In this document: one piece after another, positions 58,723 through 64,000 of the stretch | Layout of the letters: each line of letters opens with the position of its first letter | How positions within the stretch are numbered: position 1 is the first letter of the stretch | NCBI GenBank assembly: GCA_965226585.1 | Contig: OZ245366.1 | Location: 1,230,549 to 1,294,548, forward strand | Length of the DNA stretch: 64,000 nucleotides | Direction of reading: 5' to 3' | Source of the DNA: Thermodesulfobacteriota bacterium | GTDB lineage: Bacteria; Desulfobacterota_D; UBA1144; Nemesobacterales; Mycalebacteriaceae | Notes under the pieces: model-generated | Told to the model about the DNA's origin: nothing | The model's database searches: none | The model's input: only the letters and a program-made list of their open reading frames with translations | Program-made: the position numbers and the translations under genes

Positions 58723-59196
58723 TTACCATCTGTAGTGGGCGAAGGCGCGGTTTGCCTCAGCCATTTTGTGAGTGTCTTCCCTCTTTTTGATTGCCGCGCC
58801 TTTGTTCTGCGAGGCTTCAAGTAATTCCATTGCGAGTTTTTCGCGCACGCCGTTTTCCGGTCTTTTGCGCATGGCGTCAAGAAGCCAGCGTATCGCCAGA
58901 TAGTTTCTTCTGACGGGTTTTACTTCCATCGGCACCTGATAGGTCGCGCCGCCAACCCTTCTTGAGCGAACTTCAAGAGACGGCTTCACATTGTCCATGG
59001 CTTCATAGAACACCTTTACCGGCTCTTTCGTGTTCGCCTTTTCGGCGAGCAGGTCAAGCATCTCGTAGAACACCTGTTCCGCTTTGCTCTTCTTTCCTTC
59101 AAGCATGAGCGAGTTGATGAACTTCGCTATAAAAACGTCCCCGAAACGCGGGTCGGGCTCAACTCTGAGCCGTGCTGATGAATTTTTTCGTGACAT
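58723..59196 (-). CDS. rpsG: 30S ribosomal protein S7
   Basis: [24 protein letters not shown]. Confidence 0.98.
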   Translation of the reverse strand: MSRKNSSARLRVEPDPRFGDVFIAKFINSLMLEGKKSKAEQVFYEMLDLLAEKANTKEPVKVFYEAMDNVKPSLEVRSRRVGGATYQVPMEVKPVRRNYLAIRWLLDAMRKRPENGVREKLAMELLEASQNKGAAIKKREDTHKMAEANRAFAHYRW

Positions 59197-59207
59197 TTTC
59201 TATACTC

Positions 59208-59579
59208 TTATTTGGGTTTTTTGCTTCCGTATTTGGAGCGTCCTCTGCGCCTGTTTTCAACGCCCGTTGTGTCGAGGGTGCCCCTGACAACGTGGTAGCG
59301 GACGCCGGGAAGATCTTTCACTCTGCCGCCTCTCACAAGAACAACGGAGTGTTCCTGCAAGGTGTGCCCCTCTCCGGGGATGTATGCCGCAACCTCAACG
59401 CCGTTTGTAAGGCGAACTCTGGCGACTTTTCTCATTGCGGAATTGGGTTTTTTCGGGGTCGTTGTGTAGACCCTGACGCACACCCCTCTTTTTTGGGGGT
59501 TATTCTGAAGCGCGGGCGAACTGCTTTTGGAAACTGTCCGCTTTCTGCCCTTTCTTATAAGTTGGTTTGCGCTTGGCAT
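59208..59579 (-). CDS. rpsL: 30S ribosomal protein S12
   Basis: [18 protein letters not shown]. Confidence 0.98.
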   Translation of the reverse strand: MPSANQLIRKGRKRTVSKSSSPALQNNPQKRGVCVRVYTTTPKKPNSAMRKVARVRLTNGVEVAAYIPGEGHTLQEHSVVLVRGGRVKDLPGVRYHVVRGTLDTTGVENRRRGRSKYGSKKPK

Positions 59580-59621
59580 ATCCTCAAATACTCCCGTCTT
59601 TATAGCAAAGACAGAGCGGTA

Positions 59622-59650
59622 GTTTTATCAGGTGGCGGGCGTGTTGTCAA
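59622..59650 (-). promoter_or_regulatory. Candidate sigma70 promoter of the str operon
   Basis: TTGACA-N17-TAAAAC with TG at the extended -10 position, 42 nt upstream of rpsL, overlapping the last helicase codons. Confidence 0.5.
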
Positions 59651-61904
59651 GCAGTTCGGGGGCTGCGCTTAAAATACCTTTTATCTCGCGGGCAACCTTT
59701 TCAGACGGGGCGCGAACCGTTCTGCACTTCGGCACGGATTCAACAAACCGTTTTCCGTATCCTTTGCTCACTATTCTGCTGTCCAGAACCGCCACCGCGC
59801 CCTTGTCTGTGGCGGCGCGTATCAGTCTTCCGAACCCCTGGCGGAAGCCCACAACCGCCATCGGAACGGCGTAGCGCGAGAAAGCATCTCCGCCCGCCGC
59901 CGTGATTGCCTCCATTCTCGCCTGAAAAACCGGCTCGTCCGGCACTCTGAACGGCAGGCGCGTTATCACAACGAGGCGCAGGGCGTTTCCCGCGATATCA
60001 ACGCCCTCTCTGAAGCTGTCTGTCGCGAAAAGGGCGGAGTTTTCGTCAGACTTGAAACCGGCAAGCAGTTTTTCTCTCGGCAGGTCGCCCTGAGTGAGAA
60101 CCTTCACGCCCTTTTCCGCAAGGCGCGGGGAAAGAGCGGAACTCACCTTCCTCAGCATCTGATAAGAGTTGAACAGAACAAGCGCGCCGCCGCCCGCCGC
60201 CGTTACGCAGTCAAAAACCGCTTCGGTCAGTTTTTCCGTATGGTTTTCCCGCGAGGGTTCCGGCACATCGGTTGCGAGGGCGAGAAGGGCTTGATCTTCA
60301 TAGCGGAACGGAGACGGCACGGCGAGTTCGCTCAGGCGGTGATTTTCCGTAAGACCCAGCGAGCGTTTTTGAAAATCAAACCCGCCTTCCGCCGTCAGTG
60401 TGGCGGAGGTCATTATCACGGTTCCGTATTTGGCGTAAATCTTTTTCAACTGCGCGGCAATGTCTATCGGCGAAAGGGAGACGGCGGTAAAAACCTTTTT
60501 GCCTCTGCGCCGTATCTCAACGCTTTTCACAAACTCTTCAAACGATTCCGCTCCGGCAAAAAGCCCGGCGACATCGGCAAGGCGCACAAGTCCGTTAAGA
60601 GCCGCCTTGAGTTCCGAAACCAGAGCCGCGTCATCCGCGCCCACATCGGCAAGAGTGGCGGCGGCGTCTTTCACGGCAGACGCAAGCCCCAGAGCAGACG
60701 CTCTGATTTGGGCGCACGGCTCCACGCATTCGTAAAAGTTTCCGCCTTGTTCAAGGTCGGTTTTCGTAACGCGCATATTTTGCGCCCCCGTGTTTGCGGC
60801 GCGGGAGGGCAAAACGCATGAGCCGAGAGACTCAAAGAAAATTTCAGAAGCCGTCATCAGCGCGTCAATTCTGGGCATAAAAACCCTCTGCATTCCCGAA
60901 AGAGCTTTGAACACCTTTGTGTTTGCGGATGCGGAGTCCGCTCTTTTCATTTTCCGCGCGGCTTTTTCCGAACGCGCCACCACCTTTCTCAGCCGTCCGA
61001 GAGTTTTCGCGACTGCGGCGGTGGACGCTCTCATGGAGAAATGCGAAGTGGCGGAATCCACAACGTTGTGGGCTTCGTCAATAACAAGCCGTCTGTTTTG
61101 AGGCAGAACCCCCGCGTCTTCTCTGCCCGATGACTCTTTAATGGCGATGTCTGAAAAAAGCAGGTGGTGGTTGACAACTATAATGTCTGACTCCGCCACT
61201 TTCCGCCGCGCTTTGAAAAAGAAACATTCTTTATAGTGCGGGCATTCCCTTTTCACGCAACTTTCGCTTTCTGCGGCAAATTTGTCCCACACTTCGCCTG
61301 ACGGCTCAAACCCCAGGTCTGACACTGAGCCGGCGGAAGTTTTTCCCGCCCATTCAACTATTGCGCGCTCTTCGCTCATCTCCGGGTCGGGATTTTCAGC
61401 GTTTTCGTCTTCAAACAGAGTCCGCAATTCGTCTCGTTCGGAGTCTGCGCGCAAGAGGCACAGGTAGTTTCTCATTCCCTTCACAAGCGAGTATCTGATG
61501 TCTTCGCCGAGGATGTTTTTTAGCATTGGCATATCTTTGTTGATTATCTGGTCTTGCAGGTTGATTGTGTTTGTGGATATGACGATTCTTTCTTTGTTGA
61601 GCAAAGCCCAGCGCGCGGCGGGCACGAGGTATGAGAGGGTTTTTCCGGTTCCCGTCGGGGCTTCGAGCAGTGATATTGAGTCTCCGTTAAACGCGGCGGT
61701 GATTTCCCTTGTAACGGACTGTTGTTCTTTTCTGAATTCGTATCCCTCGCCGAATGTGGTTTCCACTCTGCCGCCGGGCAGGAAGTAGGAGGCGATTTCC
61801 TCAGGGTTCATAAACTTGCGTTCCCCTTCAATCACGGCGTCGGGTGTAAAGACTTCCGGCGCAATGTCGGGAAGGTCGTTTGTTTTTTCCGGTTTGTCGC
61901 TCAT
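59628..61904 (-). CDS. DinG/YoaA-family Fe-S helicase
   Basis: EAPTGTGKT, KGMRNYLC, C..C..C cluster, DEAH, TSATL, QGFGRLIR. Confidence 0.93.
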   Translation of the reverse strand: MSDKPEKTNDLPDIAPEVFTPDAVIEGERKFMNPEEIASYFLPGGRVETTFGEGYEFRKEQQSVTREITAAFNGDSISLLEAPTGTGKTLSYLVPAARWALLNKERIVISTNTINLQDQIINKDMPMLKNILGEDIRYSLVKGMRNYLCLLRADSERDELRTLFEDENAENPDPEMSEERAIVEWAGKTSAGSVSDLGFEPSGEVWDKFAAESESCVKRECPHYKECFFFKARRKVAESDIIVVNHHLLFSDIAIKESSGREDAGVLPQNRRLVIDEAHNVVDSATSHFSMRASTAAVAKTLGRLRKVVARSEKAARKMKRADSASANTKVFKALSGMQRVFMPRIDALMTASEIFFESLGSCVLPSRAANTGAQNMRVTKTDLEQGGNFYECVEPCAQIRASALGLASAVKDAAATLADVGADDAALVSELKAALNGLVRLADVAGLFAGAESFEEFVKSVEIRRRGKKVFTAVSLSPIDIAAQLKKIYAKYGTVIMTSATLTAEGGFDFQKRSLGLTENHRLSELAVPSPFRYEDQALLALATDVPEPSRENHTEKLTEAVFDCVTAAGGGALVLFNSYQMLRKVSSALSPRLAEKGVKVLTQGDLPREKLLAGFKSDENSALFATDSFREGVDIAGNALRLVVITRLPFRVPDEPVFQARMEAITAAGGDAFSRYAVPMAVVGFRQGFGRLIRAATDKGAVAVLDSRIVSKGYGKRFVESVPKCRTVRAPSEKVAREIKGILSAAPELLDNTPAT

Positions 61905-61966
61905 ATCGCGGGGTTTAAGTTAACAGCAATTTGCCCGCAGTGCTTGCGGGGTGTAACTTAACCGCC

Positions 61967-62056
61967 GGAGGGATGGCCGAGTGGTCGAAGGCGCTGGTTT
62001 CGAAAACCAGTAGAGTCTCACGGCTCTCAGGGGTTCGAATCCCCTTCCCTCCGCCA
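61967..62056 (+). tRNA. tRNA-Ser(CGA)
   Basis: GGAGGGA/TCCCTCC acceptor stem, CTGGT-TTCGAAA-ACCAG anticodon arm, long variable arm, GGTTCGAATCC, G73 followed by CCA. Confidence 0.97.
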
Positions 62057-62131
62057 AAAGACTGTGGCATACTTGCAGGAAAGAATAACGCTTTTTTTGA
62101 TAATAAAGAGGTTTTGGAGAAGCGGAAATCC

Positions 62132-63328
62132 ATGAGAGTTGCTAAGAAAAGGCAGTACCGAATTACTAGCGTGTCCCAAGCAAAAGAGGTCTCTAGGAAT
62201 TTTCTCAAGAATCTCGACCTACATAATGCTGTGGTCTTTGGGTTGCCAGAGATTGATGACCGCTATCATATTTGGCGGGTTCCCCTGCTTGGTAAAGAGA
62301 AGGAATCCATCGGAGAAATTGTTATAGACGCTATTACCACTTTGGTCAACGAGAAGAAAACCACAGACAAGGAAGTACTTGAATCAAGACTTCTTGGTAG
62401 AAAGAAGTTAAAGAGTCTACAAATAAAACAGCAACCTTGTGCAAGAGGAAAATCGACTCCAAAACTTTCCACTTTGAGGAACACTATAGGGCTTGGCGAT
62501 AGTGAAGAACTTTTGTCTGAGACACCAAACGAGTCTGTGGATTTAGTTTTCACCTCACCTCCATATTACAATTCAAGACCTGAATACTCAGAGTACCTAA
62601 CCTATGAAGGTTATCTATTAAAAATTCAGAAAATCATACACCAATGCCATCGCGTCATGAATGAGGGACGATTTTTCGTTATGAACGTATCACCCATACT
62701 GATTAGACGACCAAGCAGGAACCAATCATCTAAACGCATCGCTGTACCATTTGATTTTCATCGCCTTTTTATTGAAGAAGGATTTGAATTTATTGATGAC
62801 ATACACTGGGTAAAACCCGAAGGGGCCGGTTGGGCAACAGGTAGGGGGAGAAGGTTCGCAGCTGACAGGAATCCACTACAATACAAACCGGTTCCAGTAA
62901 CTGAATACTTGCTAGTTTATCGCAAAAAGACTGACAAACTGATTGATTGGCACATTCGCAATCATCCTAATCGAAAACTAGTCAAGCAATCAAAAATCAA
63001 AGATGGATATGAAAAAACTAATATTTGGAAAATTCATCCTGCTCACCATTCAAAACATCCAGCTGTTTTCCCCTACGAACTTGCAGAGAAGGTGATTAGT
63101 TACTATTCATTCAAAAGCGATGTTATTCTTGACCCCTTCGCCGGAACAGGGACAGTAGGACAAGCAGCTATAAACCTTGAGCGCAGATTCATACTTTTTG
63201 AACAAGAAAACGAATATATGGAAGTCATGAAAGAAAAAATACAAAAATTAATGAAAAACAAGATGGATGAGATTAATTGGATAAATACACAGCCTAGCAA
63301 ACCTCACAATTACCCTCTGGATTTTTAA
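62132..63328 (+). CDS. Beta-class amino DNA methyltransferase (probably N4-cytosine)
   Basis: TSPPY catalytic motif before the HPAVFP and [12 protein letters not shown] motifs; start moved to ATG 62132 because the longer ORF crosses the tRNA. Confidence 0.9.
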   Translation: MRVAKKRQYRITSVSQAKEVSRNFLKNLDLHNAVVFGLPEIDDRYHIWRVPLLGKEKESIGEIVIDAITTLVNEKKTTDKEVLESRLLGRKKLKSLQIKQQPCARGKSTPKLSTLRNTIGLGDSEELLSETPNESVDLVFTSPPYYNSRPEYSEYLTYEGYLLKIQKIIHQCHRVMNEGRFFVMNVSPILIRRPSRNQSSKRIAVPFDFHRLFIEEGFEFIDDIHWVKPEGAGWATGRGRRFAADRNPLQYKPVPVTEYLLVYRKKTDKLIDWHIRNHPNRKLVKQSKIKDGYEKTNIWKIHPAHHSKHPAVFPYELAEKVISYYSFKSDVILDPFAGTGTVGQAAINLERRFILFEQENEYMEVMKEKIQKLMKNKMDEINWINTQPSKPHNYPLDF

Positions 63329-63329
63329 G

Positions 63330-64000
63330 TTGCCTAAAAAGAAACAATCCGAAGCACGACTCGCCCAAAACATACCATCTGTAGGTTTGAATTTAGCGAA
63401 ATATACCAGTGGACAACTAATTGAAAGATTAGGAGAGGACATAATAAGGCAAGTTGTTACTTCCATACTCTGTGGAGGAAATGTCCGCTCCCTAACTGAG
63501 GGGCTGACCCAGAGACGAGTGGCACTTTCAAATGCCTCTATGTTTGTTGCATTTTTGCAGGCATCAAAAAATGTTTCAAAGTTTCCAGAGAACCTCACAA
63601 AAATTGTCAGCAAAGAAATAAACACAGCAAATCTTTCCCGCGAAGAAACAATATTCCTTAATTGGTTTGTTGGGTTAACGGGAAAAAGCATTCAAAACGT
63701 TTTAAGAAGTGACCGCAAACAACTGGCCACATACTTAGAGGAACTTGACAAGTCACTACATAAGTCCATTCAACAATCTCAGAAAGAATTTGGAGATCTC
63801 TCCGGCATTATCAATCTCAACAAAGACGAATACCCCGTAAGTTGGAATTCAATTCTACATTTGTTTCTTGCCATCGGAGCTCAAACGCTTTCCATAAGAG
63901 GGTCTGAAAAATCCATGTACGGAAAATTGTTTGAGAAACTCATACTTGGTTCACTTCTTACAATTCTTGGTTTTGAAAAAATTGATAGTACCAAATCTAA
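63330..64000 (+). CDS. Probable type II restriction endonuclease, possibly CfrBI-like (truncated by window edge)
   Basis: TTG 1 nt after the MTase stop, open to the end: MPKKKQSEARL...GAQTLSIRGSEKSMYGKLFEKLILGSLLTILGF. Family assignment is from recollection and context, not a search. Confidence 0.65.
   Translation, partial: MPKKKQSEARLAQNIPSVGLNLAKYTSGQLIERLGEDIIRQVVTSILCGGNVRSLTEGLTQRRVALSNASMFVAFLQASKNVSKFPENLTKIVSKEINTANLSREETIFLNWFVGLTGKSIQNVLRSDRKQLATYLEELDKSLHKSIQQSQKEFGDLSGIINLNKDEYPVSWNSILHLFLAIGAQTLSIRGSEKSMYGKLFEKLILGSLLTILGFEKIDSTKS

Noticed and set aside
61931-62131. N-terminal extension of the methyltransferase ORF
   Set aside because: It runs through tRNA-Ser; ATG 62132 is the plausible start.

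Overview
Bacterial chromosomal window with moderate GC; the gene set fits a Desulfobacterota/deltaproteobacteria-like lineage, but taxonomy cannot be fixed from this window. The right half (30.6-62 kb) is mostly core genes: smpB, an alr-mlaEFD-type operon, metF, pdxH, the contiguous str-S10-spc-alpha ribosomal cluster (rpmD absent), a DinG-family helicase and tRNA-Ser(CGA). An AT-rich type II restriction-modification pair follows and runs off the edge. The left half (1-30.6 kb) is the unusual part. It holds six paralogous autotransporter-type genes: four with Trp-periodic repeat passengers and two with only a signal peptide plus barrel. They are split into two groups by a housekeeping block (tmRNA, rdgB-like, pyrG, RNB nuclease, ferredoxin reductase, ptsP). 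A 78-bp CGTC-tagged triple-hairpin element occurs intergenically, as a tandem array, and in frame at the same loop of three autotransporters. One paralog's signal peptide is out of frame with its ATG across a homopolymer run. Gene order suggests a ~20-kb inversion that separated smpB from ssrA and split one autotransporter array. All calls come from reading the sequence and motifs by eye; no database searches were run.
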